Source of the DNA: Lytechinus pictus
Taxonomy: Eukaryota
Assembly (NCBI RefSeq): GCF_037042905.1
Contig: NC_087251.1
Span: 30,940,001 to 31,004,000, forward strand
DNA: 64,000 nucleotides
Direction: 5' to 3'
Positions 1 to 13,400 of the stretch are shown piece after piece. Within the stretch, counting starts at the first letter, position 1. Each line of letters begins with the position of its first letter. A model generated the notes under the pieces. The model did no database searches. It was not told the origin of the DNA and saw only the letters and a program-made list of their open reading frames with translations. Made by a program: the position numbers and the translations under genes.

Positions 1-96
1 AGGGAAATATGTCATGCGTACGAAAGGTAAAGTGAGGACCTTTAATTTTTTTTCCTTCCCTCCCCCTTCCTGTGGAAAATCCTGGATCCGCCCCTG
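1..96. mobile_element. Right end of non-autonomous DNA transposon (..AAAATCCTGGATCCGCCCCTG)
   Basis: Terminus typical of CAGGGGCGGATCCAGGA-type MITEs; left end outside window. Confidence 0.5.
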
Positions 97-204
97 CTTT
101 TAAGAATAGACAATTTCTTGGTGTTAGTAGATGCATTATGAGTAATGGAAAATGCAATATTCTTTTTAAATGTTATTGCTCTCATTTCCTCCATGACATA
201 CAAG

Positions 205-3200
205 TTGTCTTCAAGAACGGCAGAAAGAGAGCTCCAGGAAGCAAAGATGGAAGCTGCTTCATTAAGACACAGGTAGGGATAGATCTTTCCATTTTATACT
301 CTCAAGTCATTTCTTTTGTGAATTTTCATGATGGATACAGCACTCATTGGCCCGTATTCTCAATAGAGGTTTCAATTGTACCATGGTACAAAACCATGAA
401 CTATGCAGGTATTGTGTATATATGATGACACTTATTTCATAGCGTACACTAAGATAAGTCTAATTATAAATGCAGGCCTGCCAACTATTCCTTTTTTCCA
501 GGAGTTACCCGTTTTATCAACCAAAAAGAGAAACACTCTGTTTTTCTAATTATTTCAGATAAAAAATAAATCAGCCCATATACGTATTTGTGTGGTGGAG
601 TATGCAGACATGCCAACTGTTCCCTTTTTAGAGTGTTTGTTCCTCTTTTTTGCTATGTATACGCCAATATTTTTTTTGTATGATTTGTTACTTTTTTTTA
701 AATTTCCGATCAAGGAGTATGTGTTATTTGTTAAATGTCTGTAGATTAACAGAACTAGAAGGAAGGCGAGCTACATCTGAGAATGCTCCTCTCGTCAAAC
801 CTCAGGCTGCAGCACCATCCCCAATGAGTGAGTACCTTCATCATAAACAGAGAATATCATGTCATGAAAACCAGCAAGGCAATCTAAGCAAATTCATTGA
901 AAGATGACAAAGTTTGTGAAGTGAAACATTAGATAATGAAATGCTATAATTTTGCTTTAGTACCGACCAAGGCTTATTTATGGAATGAAAATACCTGTTA
1001 ACTGCTGTGAACTGCACTAAAGTATCCAACTGAATGAAGGAATATAATAATACCATGTAATTTCAATTTACATGAATTTGTTGTGACATAATAGATTTGG
1101 ACATCATGTAATTTGTGCCCTTTATAAGATTAAAAAGAGAGGATTGTAACATGTTATATTTGGTTATTTTTATATTTTTCCAAACAGGAGTAGTGTCTCC
1201 ATCATATGGACCAGGGTGAGTATCTATAGTATGTGTGATAAAACCGATCACATTAAAAATAAAAATAATAAATACCGACTGTTTAAACTTATCCCCCCTC
1301 CACTGACACTTGGTGTTTTGCATGCACTAGCATATGCTAAGTTATGAGTGAATTAATATCATCACTGGATGAAATTATTAGATTGATCATCTGTTTAACA
1401 ACCCAAGCTGGTGTCATTTGTTTGTTTGATATGTTTTTCAATTCAAATTACGCATAATATGCATTTCTCATATAAAATATTTTGTTGTATAATTCTTGCA
1501 TATTCTAATAATCAACACTTTTTATGGTCAGAAAGTAATTATTTCCTTGCATTTAAACTTTATTCTGCTTCTTCCCTTACAACACAGTGACCGAGGCAGC
1601 AAGATGTCCAGGAGAGGTGTGTATCTATTCCCTTTATCATCTATATCAGTGGATCTTGTTCAACATTTTGAATTCAACATTTTGGGGGGATGGAATATGA
1701 ATTGTGTTTGTAACTTATGTACAGTAAACTCTGACTGTAACAAATGACAAGAAATAGTAGTTGATATATCAGTGAGCAGGCCAAGGTCACCAGAGCCCTC
1801 CTTACAGAACAAAGGATTGAAGGGGGGTGATACACATGGTGAAAATACTTGCTTTTAGTTTCATGACGAAAAAAAAAATTATTTATTTATTTATTTTTCA
1901 TTTCAATTTGATTTATATTTAGATTATTTTGATTGTATTTATGAACTGTTGCTGGGCTTGCATCTATGGATTGCATGTTATTGTATATGTCTATAGAAGA
2001 AATGACTGCTAACATGTGCTGTTCCAATGGCTATGTAACGAAAAATCAAGGGAAATTACTGATTTTGCATTCATTTGCTGTAAGACCAAGTGTATTCATT
2101 TAAACAATACTATTAATTTGATATGATTCATTGTAAAAAATATTTTTATGTTTATTTGATGATCAACTCTAATATATTGTTTGCTATGTATCTGTATGCA
2201 CAGGTCCAAGCAGGAACAGCATAATAGAAGCAGACGCACCGTCGCCGCCATTGATTGACCCTCGCCATAGAGGTTCACCAGGGTCCAGGTCCAGGATGTC
2301 CCCGCCCATGATGGATCGAGACATGCCACCACCCCACCCTGATGACTACCTCCCACCCCCAATGCATCGGGATATGGGCCCCTCCCCTTACAGAGAAGTC
2401 TTGCCACACCATCCGGACTTTGGTCCACCCGGCCCGGGACCTTACAACGATCCCTACGGTCCACCTCCACCTCATGGACCCCCTCCACATGGTGGTTTCT
2501 CTCCAGAGTTTGGACCCCATCCTGATGATATGGATTTTGGCCCCCATGGACCGGGAGACTTTGGCCCCCCTATGAGACTCCCTCCCCCTGGGAGGGGCGA
2601 GTTTGATCCTCATGGCCCTCCTCCACCAATGCCGATGGGTCCTGACTTTGACCCCATGTTTGGACCTCCACCACCCCATGGAATGGATCCCATGCTTGGT
2701 CCTGGACCATTCCCAAGGAATGGTCCACCACCTTTTGATAGAAGAGGCCCTCCCCCTGGTTAGTAAAAAAAAGATTGATTATTTAATTCATTAGTTGGGA
2801 ACGATTCTCTCTCTCCCCATCTCTCTTTCCCATTATTATTGTTTCATGATTGGGGATTTTCTGCCCATCAGCATCTTTGATGTGAATGTGTGATTCTGTG
2901 AAACATATTCCTTGTGAGAAAATAAATGTAGCGAGGAATGATGTCTCAGTAGTTGAAATATCAGCTATCTTTTTGCAAGAAGGGTTTGCCATCTGACATT
3001 ATAGTTGTTAAAGCTAACATTGTTGGCTTTTAATCATGTCCAAACTTGTAAAAAGGTAAACTTGCATAAGTCAGCCCTCTGTAAGTCGGTTCGCTTAGTA
3101 GAAGCAAATTTTTTGACGAGATTATTGTCAAACGTGAGTTACAATTCAAACAGATTTCTGTGGTCCTAATATATATACAGTTGAGGCCAAAAGTTTACAT

Positions 3201-4513
3201 AGACCCAGGAAATTCAAAGAAAAGTTGACACTTGCCAAACATCATAAAATTACTATATCTTATAAAATATTTGTGCTATCACGACGAATTTGATATCAAA
3301 CAAATGAGTATGTCATGCCCCTTCATCACATTGCTTTGTCATCAGGAGCTGAAAAATATTTAGGTGTCATTTCCCCCCAAAAAAATCTTCATATTTTAGA
3401 CAAATCAAAATAAAAACTTGACAAAAACATTTAATATTGGTGCTAGTTACTGCTCAACACAAACATTTCAGATTACACTTTTTTGTTCAGTGGTGACATA
3501 TCATGATAAAAAAATGTAATATAAATCATAGATTTGACATTCATATATTTCTACGAAACGATGTCTGAATATAATAACAAACAATATAATACATTTGGCA
3601 TGAATATTACTTTTTTTCTTCAAAGAAAATTCCACCTGAAATATACTTTAATCCTGATGGCATCCTAATAATGTGAAAGAGCTTAATATGCTCTTTCATT
3701 TGATACCAAATTCGTCATAGTATTTGCATTTCTGGAAATATAGTAAATTTTACGATGTTTGGCAAGCGAACAAATTTCACTGAATTCCATGGGTGTATGT
3801 AAACTTTTGGCCTCAACTGTAAATGCTAAAACTTATATCTTATTTGTCATCATTAATTTTCTAATCTTTGGTTTATTTTGCAGCTATGAGACCTAGCAGT
3901 AGATCAGGACCTGGGGGTGCACCTGATGGACCAATGGGTGGTCCTAGAACGTCATCACCAATGGTTACACCTGATGGTCAACGGGTAAGAACTAATCCCT
4001 TATTGTTGAGATACCAGTGGAACTGTGCCTAATTTTTCTTGGGGGGAGGGAACATTGTCATTATAAATGGAGAAAGTTAGCAGTACATTGTAGCTTCTGA
4101 AAGTTTGAGGGTGTTTTGTTAAAACCTGTCACAGTCATTATGTTATGTTACGTGGGTCTCTCTTTGTCTTTACTTGCATTATTGAATAAATATCTGCTAG
4201 TTATTTTATGTATTTTACAGTATTTTTATTGTAGATTCAGTAAATTATTACAGTCTATTTGTTTAAATTTTTATATTTTTCAATTTGAATATAATCATTC
4301 ATTCATTCATTCTTACCTTCATTGATTGATTCATACATTTATTTTCCTACTTGATAAAATTCAAACACTTTTCTTGAAATATGTAATTCACTGTGAGTGT
4401 CAAGAGGTCGCTTTAAAGTATCAAACGTAATTTATTTCATACTTGTGTTTTTTTTTTCTTTTCAGGGGCCTCGAGGTCCACCTCCTAGACAGCCTTCCAA
4501 TATGCAGGCATGA
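205..4513 (+). CDS. MIA3: TANGO1/MIA3-cTAGE5 family ER exit-site protein, 3' coding exons (gene starts upstream of window)
   Basis: GT-AG exons with consistent phases: 205-272, 745-827, 1188-1215, 1588-1616, 2204-2758, 3884-3984, 4466-4513 (TGA). Translation LSSRTAERELQEAKMEAASLRHRLTELE..PLVKP resembles the TANGO1/cTAGE5 CC2 end as I recall it ([25 protein letters not shown]..VIVKP), followed by a PPP-rich tail. Confidence 0.85.
2204..2758 (+). CDS. MIA3: TANGO1-like proline-rich domain exon (PPP motifs, Sec23-binding type)
   Basis: cacag| acceptor, |gttagt donor; ORF 2251-2763 rich in GPPPP/DFGP repeats. Confidence 0.85.
3178..3819. mobile_element. Tc1-like non-autonomous element, TA TSD
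   Basis: TA|CAGTTGAGGCCAAAAGTTTACATA ... TATGTAAACTTTTGGCCTCAACTG|TA; imperfect IR extends >100 bp; end resembles Sleeping Beauty-type CAGTTGAAG. Confidence 0.88.
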
Positions 4514-4750
4514 GAGAGAGAGCTGTTTAGAGTGATACACCCACATAGGCAGCTTCCATCTTCAACAGTTTGATATCAGTATGAAAGATAGAGCCATTGC
4601 TGATATTGGTGGAAGAGTAGCAGCAAAGACTTCTATTTATTACAAAAATATATGCGGAGGAAGGAAGATTGATATTATTACATGTAAAACATGGTTTCCT
4701 CTCATCACACATTCTGTGTCACACATTCAAGGCTTGCTTACTTAACAGTG

Positions 4751-4927
4751 CAGTCAAACCTGTGTTAGTGGTCACCTCTCTATAGTAGCCACCTTCATAT
4801 AGTGACCACTAGGACCAATTCCCATGAAGGCAGATTGTGTGTATAAGAACCTGGCTATAGCAGCCACCCATCTATGAAGGCCACATTTGTGCTTCGCTTG
4901 GGTGGTCACTATAGACAAGTTTTGTTG
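4751..4927. mobile_element. pogo/Tigger-like MITE in the TANGO1 3' UTR region
   Basis: CAGTCAAACCTGT..GGTCACC left end; GGTGGTCACTATAGACAAGTTTTGTTG|TA degenerate right end. Confidence 0.6.
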
Positions 4928-7902
4928 TATGTTGATATTTATAGATTGTGGTGGGTGTTTTACATAGAGTGAAGCCTGACTGAAAGTCATGCTGAAGTGC
5001 CTACGTGCACATATGGGTTATATACCACAGTTGGTTTCAAGTGTGACTTTTTGTCAGATTTAAATCTTTGTGAAACATTGCTGAGTGTTTATGAGGAAGA
5101 ATTTCAGTAGGGAAAATGAAAGTTTGATAATTTCATAATAATTGTAATGCAGATAATTTATTTAGTGAATTGAAATACGAGTTGCAACAATAGATGCATT
5201 TACCGCTGTGCTAAAATATTTAGATCATTTCCGTTGCATTATCTCTATTGTGACCACTATCATATTTGACAGTTCGTAATATTGAGTGATTTCAAGTACT
5301 TTGTTAATGTTAGTGTTGGTGTTAAGAGCATGAAGGAATGTTGAGAACTTAGCTTCAACATTTGACAGTCATTTGATGCCATTACCGATGGCTCAGCACC
5401 TTTGTGCAGTTACACAAAAAAGTTTTGATGATGAATGAGTGAGAAATTAGTGAGAAATGGAACTCAGATGTCATATAAAGACTGTAAAATCTGAAATTGC
5501 CTTGAAAAATCGAATGGAATATGTTATAATTGTCTAAGATGTATTAATTTGCAATGATTTGCAGTCATTTTTAACTGTAAGGATTATTTTATTATGTTCT
5601 CATTATCTGGAGATTTTGAATACGAACATGAACACTTAATTTGAAATTATTTCTCAATCCCCAGAGTTTTAGTGAATGGTGAAATTATGTGTAAATTGTC
5701 ATTCACTGTGATATTCTTTTCTGCAGACAATGTTCCACAAAAATACTTCATAATTCCGTGGTCGATTCTAACACCAACTTACAACACTGTATTTGAACTC
5801 ACCCACTCACCCAGTATGTTAAATTCAACATTTTAGGCAAGTGAGCCTTAACCTTGTTAACAGTAAGCTAGTCTATATTTATTTTTGATTGCCAGTATTG
5901 TCTTGAGGTAAATGATTTTTTTTTTTCAAACTTCTTGAGACTAGTTATTCATAAAGATTCATTTTATCATTCTCGTCTAATTATGATATTGTAATTTTCC
6001 ATGTAAGATATTTTTAAATGCATTTGGGCATGCACAATGCTTATGCTAGTTAAAGAATATAGTCCCTTTCTAGGAGTTACTCTGTGTATCATTTTGAAAG
6101 TGCAATGAAGATAGGTTGATCTGAAGTTGTTAGCATTATTTCATATCATTTGAAATTTTCTTTGTGAAAATGTGTTTTCACTGAGAATTTTTTGGAGGAT
6201 TTGAGTAGTTATTCAATCAGGAATGAAAGTTAATATAGATTACAAGCTTGCATTGAGACACTTGTAGAATGGTAGCCTTTTGACAAGACTTTTTTTTTTT
6301 ACCATTACACGATAATTGACAAAAAAATGGCCCAGTGATTAAGACTGCAAACAATGAATTGGGTGAGCCATTTATATATATATTGCCAGTTGAGTAAATA
6401 CTTGAATATTCATTACTCTGTCCTGGGGCCCACAATTACGACAATTGACCAATCAAAATGATCGTCTCTAACCCCTCCACAATGATATTCATTGTTAATG
6501 TCTATGGGTTGAGCTGTCATGAAAAATGGCTCCTAATTGGGTATTATCATATTGGTAGCAGATAAGAAATGAGATGCAAAAAGGCCACCTTGCTGTGCTC
6601 AGTAGTATAGTCTTTCCACTTCAGACCCTTTACATTATACAGAGGGAGTTCTTGACAAAAGGCTACTAGAATTGTGATGAAGCAATGGGTTATTCTATCA
6701 GACTACTTGATAGAACAAAACAGCAACCTCTATCACTCTATTTTATTTCTTAGTTGAAATTAAACTACTTACCCATTAAGTGCCAAATATATATTTTCCT
6801 GTTGTGCTTTCCTGCTCTACAATATTTCTGTATTCACTTGAGGCTAATCTTGAGTGCTAACATTTTGGATAATCTAGAATTATTAAATTTAGTTCTTAAA
6901 AGTTTGGTGCTCAAAATGTAATAATTAGAAATTGTTTGCAGCATAATAGAGAAATGGATAAGCACAATTTTTCTGTTTCTTACTCTTTCATCTTGATGTT
7001 TCTTTCTTTTTTGTGTAAATTTCCGGAGCATGGTATTGATAAAGCTATCAGTCAAAACTTCCCTGGACATGTTGAAATATTGAATTAAAGAGATGACATC
7101 TCAAAATTATACTTCAGATTTTGTTTTACTGGTCATTGTTTGAGGTGGAAGTTTATTTTGTGTAATAAACATGGTTTATGTTCAGTTGGTCTACTATGAA
7201 CTTGGTCAAATTGCCATTTGATTTACACTTGATCTAATACCAGCTTAGTCTGATTCCCATTTAGTCTAACTCTCATACCCACTTGGTCTCATTTCAATTT
7301 CGGTTACTTCTTATTTTTTAATTTGTCAAAATGAAATTTGATTCATAAACAGTTCATCTAACAATATAGATTAAGTGGTGTTAGACCACGTGGGTATTAG
7401 CCGAAATGGGGAGAGGCCAACTGGAAATCAGACAATGTGGTAAATGGGCAAAATAGCAATTAGACCAAGTGGTTAGTAGATGAACTGCTGGTTGTAGATG
7501 AAGTAGGATGAGACCATATGGAAATTAGATGAAGCGGATGAGGGCCAATCAACAATTTACCATGAATATATGTCCCAGAGTCTGAGACTGTTGATAGAGC
7601 AATTTGACCTTATACCCCCCCCCCCTCACCACCATTTGAATTTCAGTTGGCAATTTACAGGAATTTTTTATATTTTTAATTCCATTGAACCTCAGTAGCC
7701 TTACAGGATCTATTGTAAGTTGGTCACGCTGCATTTTTACTAACCCATTTTTGACTAGTCCACCCTGACAATAAGTTAGTTTCAACAAGAACATAGGTTT
7801 GAAAAAATATATATTTTTAATTTTTTTTGCAAATTGGAATAAAATGGGAAAAAATCTTGGTCTTTTAGAGATTTTGTGATTTTTTTCAAAAGTCTTATCC
7901 TG

Positions 7903-8183
7903 GGCCCCGTCTTACAAAGAGTTACGATTGATCCAATCAATCGTAACTCTATGGAAATCCATCAGTGTCATAAATTTTTCTACAGGAAATTTGCAAAATA
8001 TCCTTTGTATATATGAAGGAGATCACACCAAATTGTCAAAATTCAAGAAATCAACGAATTTATGGATATACATTCATATCTATATTTTTTTTAATAATAA
8101 ACATGCATTTTATATGTTGACTTTGCTGGCTTTCCATAGCTGCGATTGATTGGATCAATTGCAACTCTTTGTAAGAAGGGGCC
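7903..8183. mobile_element. PIF/Harbinger-like MITE, CTG TSD
   Basis: CTG|GGCCCCGTCTTACAAAGAGTTACGATTGATCCAATCAATCG ... CGATTGATTGGATCAATTGCAACTCTTTGTAAGAAGGGGCC|CTG. Confidence 0.85.
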
Positions 8184-8387
8184 CTGGTCAGTTTACAATG
8201 AGGAAAACAATGTCACACTATTCTGTATTTTGTTAAATGAAATATTTATTTGATGATTTAAAAGGGACTTCCCCTACATCACAAAAGATAATGATTAAAA
8301 TGATTTTTTATATTTTTCATGAAGTATCAAACCCAATTTTGACATTATAAGGGGCCATCTATGTGCCCTCCCCCCACCATGCTCCAG

Positions 8388-8538
8388 GGGTCAGTTTCAT
8401 AAGGAGATACAATGATACTAACTTTGCCGTTATTGTAACTACCATGGAAACCTTGATTATGATTGGCTGCTGAGCCTCGTTACCATTGTTATTCACAATG
8501 ACAATTATACCGTACTAGTAACTTTGTGAAATTGGCCC
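8388..8538. mobile_element. PIF/Harbinger-like MITE, CAG TSD
   Basis: CAG|GGGTCAGTTTCATA ... TGTGAAATTGGCCC|CAG. Confidence 0.65.
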
Positions 8539-8799
8539 CAGCTTCCTACACCTATCAAGAGATAATATTGGATTTTTTAATTGAAACTAGATCTTGAATT
8601 CAAGCTCACAAAATTATTTTAATAAATTAATTTGACAAGATCCAAACCACATCCCCAAGATTCAAATGCAAAGTTCAAGGAAATGTCAACAAAAATTTAA
8701 TCAGCTTGTAATTGCAAACCATATGTACCTTTCAAAATTAAATTTCCATCATGATAGTACGATGATAAATCAATTTCTATTAAACATATCAATGCACAA

Positions 8800-9345
8800 A
8801 AGATGGTCAAGTGCACCCCAACAAAAAGTTTATTTCAATGAATAGAAAAAAATTAACAAGCATAATGTTGAAAATTCATTAAAAATCAAATGTAATATAC
8901 AAAAAAGATGTGATATTTTAAATTTTACTTATTTTCACAAAACAATTATTTACACATTTCGGGTGATAAGCAAATGAGAGCTGATGATATACAGTCCTTT
9001 GGGGGAAGGGTATCATATTTCAATTTTTGCACATTTGACAATTAGGAAGCTCTTCATGAAATCACAGTTGGTTTAAAAGATGGGAATTCCACATGTTCAA
9101 GGAGGAAAGAAACCTTTTTTCGATTAAGAAGAGAATTAGACTTTTCTATTTATCAAATATACAAAAGAAATAGTGAGTGGGTATGTGGCATTCCCTCATT
9201 TGCATTCTGATAAAGATGTACATATATATGTTATGTGAAATTAAGTGAAACTTATATTGTAATTTTTTTGGGGGGTCTTTTTAACACAATTTTAATCTCA
9301 ATTGTGATTGATGTTTCTCTATTCATTTAAATCAAAGTTTTGTTG
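8800..9345. mobile_element. Degenerate dispersed DNA-transposon-like repeat; related fragment at ~14575-14922
   Basis: CAAGTGCACCCCAACAAAAAGTT start, degenerate inverted end TTTAAATCAAAGTTTTGTTG; 14575-14922 shares internal motifs and ends GGACTTGGCCTTT. Confidence 0.45.
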
Positions 9346-9949
9346 ATATAAAGAGATGGAGTGAGAGAGAGGAGGGGGGGGGGGTGGTGAATAGATTGAG
9401 ATGTAGACACAGTATTTTATATATCACCCCCCTCTTTAATGCCCCTCATTTTGTTTTTCAATTATTGGGGGTAAATAAAAATATAGTTTGCCAGGTTAGA
9501 TCAATGTCCCTTAATGCTTACTAGTTTATTCATATTTTCTCACTCTAAAGCTCCCTGGTAGCTAGACAAGCGCTTCAAGTGTATTTTCCATAGAGGGTTT
9601 GTCACAATATGGCACAACTCATATCACGGCAAATAACAGAAAGATGGGGGGGGGGGGAGAGCGAGGCGAGAGGCCTGATGAGATGGGACAGGATCGAGAC
9701 TGGAACAGTTTGTAGATCCTATGAAGTATTATTTTCGTACGGTGGTATGACGGGGAAAACCCCCTTATCCAATGATTGAGCAATGAGGAAATGACCGCAA
9801 ACAATGTGTATTACCCGCGATGATCATAAATTAACTTTTATCGAAATTTTGGTAATATAAGTTGTTGTCTTTTTTAGCTATTACAACTTGAATTAGCTTG
9901 CTAATATTTCATGTTGCACAACTGTTTGTAAGTGCCACGCCTTTTTCTG

Positions 9950-10313
9950 CAAGTTTTCCAAGTTCGAAGAGCGAGGTGATGCAGGGCGGCGCACGAGATA
10001 AGAGGCTAAACGCCCTCTTGAGTTCTAAAATTTACAGTAATTCTGGACGTTCATCGTATTTTCGGGAACGATAATGGTTACACTTTCTGCATGTTTTGAA
10101 GCTTTTTGAAGAAAAAGTAAGTATTATCGAGACGCTAAGTATTATCTTCGGATCGGTAATTTAAATTCTATCATATTTTCTTTTGTTTGCAGGCAAGAAT
10201 TTCTTGATTTGAATGTAAAATTTTACGTTTTCCCCAGGTAGCTAGCATTTTGTAGCAATCGAAGTTGCACCAGACAGACACCGCACTACACATGCGTGAC
10301 GTCACGCGCTGCA
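9950..10313 (+). promoter_or_regulatory. Probable BIRC6 5' region: CpG-richer leader, 5'UTR intron (donor 10117, acceptors 10192/10237), CRE palindrome 10294-10307
   Basis: CpG enrichment relative to flanks; aa|gtaagt donor; ttttgtttgcag and ttttccccag acceptors; GCGTGACGTCACGC. Confidence 0.5.
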
Positions 10314-10491
10314 ATGGCTGCAGCTGTGGGATGGAGTGTTGAGGAAGATGGAAGTCTTTCTGTTGGTGAGCAGACGGTTGGGATTGCTTATCACCCAAGG
10401 CTGAATACTGTCCTGGCAGTTACCACAGACCCTAGCATCAAAGTTTTGGATGTCAATTCTGGTGTTATTCTAAAGAAATCGTCTTTATCAG
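10314..10491 (+). CDS. BIRC6: BIRC6 first coding exon
   Basis: ATG in gcaATGg context; MAAAVGWSVEEDG..IAYHPRLNTVLAVT..IKVLDVNSG; donor g|gtgaga. Confidence 0.9.
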
Positions 10492-13400
10492 GTGAGAATT
10501 CAATGACAAATGTGAAGCAAAGATGACATGAAAATGGATGACAAGGCAGGTCAGGTCAGCCGTTGGGACGGGTAGCCTTAAAGTTTGGAGAGTGAAAATC
10601 TTGTCTAGTTTTTAGGTGTGCATTGAGATGTACATGGGGCACCTTCCTCACGTCAATGCGAGGTTATTGCCTTCTTAAAAATAAAACTGATTGGCATGGT
10701 TGGGGACCTAAACTTAATTAAACTCTAAGGCCCGTATTCTGAAGTCGGGTTTAACTTAAACTCAGGTTTAAAGTTGTGGTTTAAGTATGGACAGCCAATT
10801 GTTACATAATCACTAACAATAGAGATATCATACTTCCGCTCATTCGGCTCTCAAATCATTCATAATTGTGTAGGAAGTATAAATAGATTATTGTCTTCAC
10901 CATCGATGAATCAGGAAAGAGCACAGTAAACATAAGAAACACACAACTTAATAAAAATGTTGATACTTTTGGCTTCCCATACTTAAACCACAACTTTAAA
11001 CCTGAGTTTAAGTTAAACCCGACTTCAGAATACGGGCCTAAGTCTAAAGCTACGGCCTATGCACTTTTCAGATGATAAAAGCTATGACAATTTAATATTT
11101 GAACAGATCAGACTCTGAATAGTGGAACATATTCTAAAGATCATTACCAAAGAACAAGAATTGTTCATCTCACTCTGCATGTCAACAGTAGAGGCGCACG
11201 GCCAATATGGGAGGCTCTCTCCAATAGGGGAGACAATCTCCCACATTGGAGACTTGCTTTGCAAAAGGACAAAAGAAACAACACCAACAAAAGCATGATT
11301 TTTTTCCACCCAAAATTTTGTCTCGCTGAGGTCAGAAGCCCATTTGTTTTGTGTGTGATTGACAACAAAAAGTAGACGGTGAATTTTTAAAGTAGACGGT
11401 GAAAAGGGGTAATTTTTCATGAGGAATCTGCTTATCACATTTTTATTTGCCGCCAAGTTAATCCTTTTGCAGCAAATGTAAACAAAGGAAATTGGACTCC
11501 AAAACTGGAGACTGTCTCTGAAATTGGATACCCAAATTCTTTACGAAAGTCTCTGATATTGGAGATAATCTCCCACATTGGAGACAGTCTCCAATATTGG
11601 CCGTGCGCCTCTACTGGTCAAAAATCCGAGTTTTCAGAGAGATGATATTTTAATTATCCTATTTGTGAGTGTTTCAATCGGTATGTATTTTACAACAAAT
11701 AAGAGATGAACCATATCTGACTGCTGTTGCCTCATTGAATTTTGTAAAGGGGTGCAAGTAGATTCATTTTCATTTCCTGTCAAAATGAATGAACAAGAAA
11801 GTATGGCCTTTGTTTTGCACCTAATTCCAAATAGTGATCAGTCATTCATTATTTCTTTTCAGCCGGTATTATGCATTTTTGCAAACAATTTTTTTATATT
11901 GGATCTGACTGGTGTTGCCTCATTGACTTTTGTACAGAGTTGTAATTAGATTCATTTTTCATATTTCATTTCCTGTCAAAATGAATAAAACAGATGAAAA
12001 GGATCGGAACTTTACATGAAATTAAAGCATATCATCTCAATTCTCTGAAAAAAAATAGGAAATCAGTTATGATCATTGAATCATTGCGAGTTACACAGTT
12101 ACACTTCAATGATCACAGAAAGGTATGAAAATATGTATTATCGCACTTAAATAATGAATGATAATCATTAATTTATGACTGATCATAATTTGCAACTACC
12201 GTATTTTCCGGTGTATTAACCGCACCTTTTTCCGTCGGGGAAAACCTCGAAAATGGGGGGTGCGGTTTATACACAAACACAGAGAAATCCGACCTCAGAA
12301 ACTTGATTGACTTGACGAAAACTTAGCATATATAATGAATGTGTGACATGTTTGAAACGTGGACTTGTAAAAAGAATGAAATAAAACTCACCTTACATCA
12401 TCTCTGTTTTTCTCTTTTCATAATTTAATGATTTTTGTCGTGGCGTTCGCGGGACGGCCAATCCATGTTTGGTGAGCGCTCCTCGGTAGCGCCTGCCAGT
12501 GCCTGCTGGCATGGCTGGCCGGCGCTGGGCGCGCCGCAGCCTAGCGACGGAAACTGAAGGCGGAGCGTCGCGCAGTACCGTAGACGTATTTAAGATTTTA
12601 CCCTCTTCTGTCCCAGAAAAAAAAATCCCAGAAAGAAACAGAAATCTTGCTCGAGGCCTTTCTAATGTGCAGCAGCTAACTAAACTTGAAGACTGTACGT
12701 GTTGAAGCGCCATCTACCGGTATTGATTGCTTTTGCAGCAATGGAGAACGTCGCCAATTAAGTCAAGGAAGCAATGATTTTAGGCCTTATCTGCAGTTGA
12801 TAATTTATATTTTCTTCGTGCATTTATGAAAATATAATTTTACATTGAATTTGAGTGATTTTTTAATTTGAAGTAAAATATTGATTTCATATGAACAACG
12901 TCGACTCGAATTGGATATAGAAATAATTGAGAACAATTATATTATTATTATTATTATTGCTAGCGTAAACTGGTATATGTAATAATTCGAGCATAAATAA
13001 TATGTCTTTTTTTTTTTTCTTGGACACTGTCCCGGCCCGCGATAAGTTTTAGTATTTTTGGAGGACACCTAGTGGCATCCCTGGAGTGTGCATTTAAGGC
13101 CTATTGTAGGCCCCCAACAACAAATTTTGTCACTACGCCATCACGCGAATTTTTTTTACCGCACCGCTCGCTGACTTTTTACTTTCAAGTCTTGCGCATC
13201 TTTTGAGACCAAATTTGCGATGCCTGGGTGCGCAGTTTTGAAATTACGCAACATTTTGTACGTGCATGTCGGACCCAAAATTGCTCCAAAACGTGATTCC
13301 ATGTTCAAGGTCAATGCAAATTGTGTTTTTCAACAAAAAATCATAAATGTATGATTATTTTTACTTTTGTTGGTTCAAATGGATTTATTTTATGCTATTT

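Noticed and set aside
2096..2679. Minus-strand ORFs of 130 and 134 aa
   Set aside because: Antisense shadows of the GC-rich proline-coding exon.
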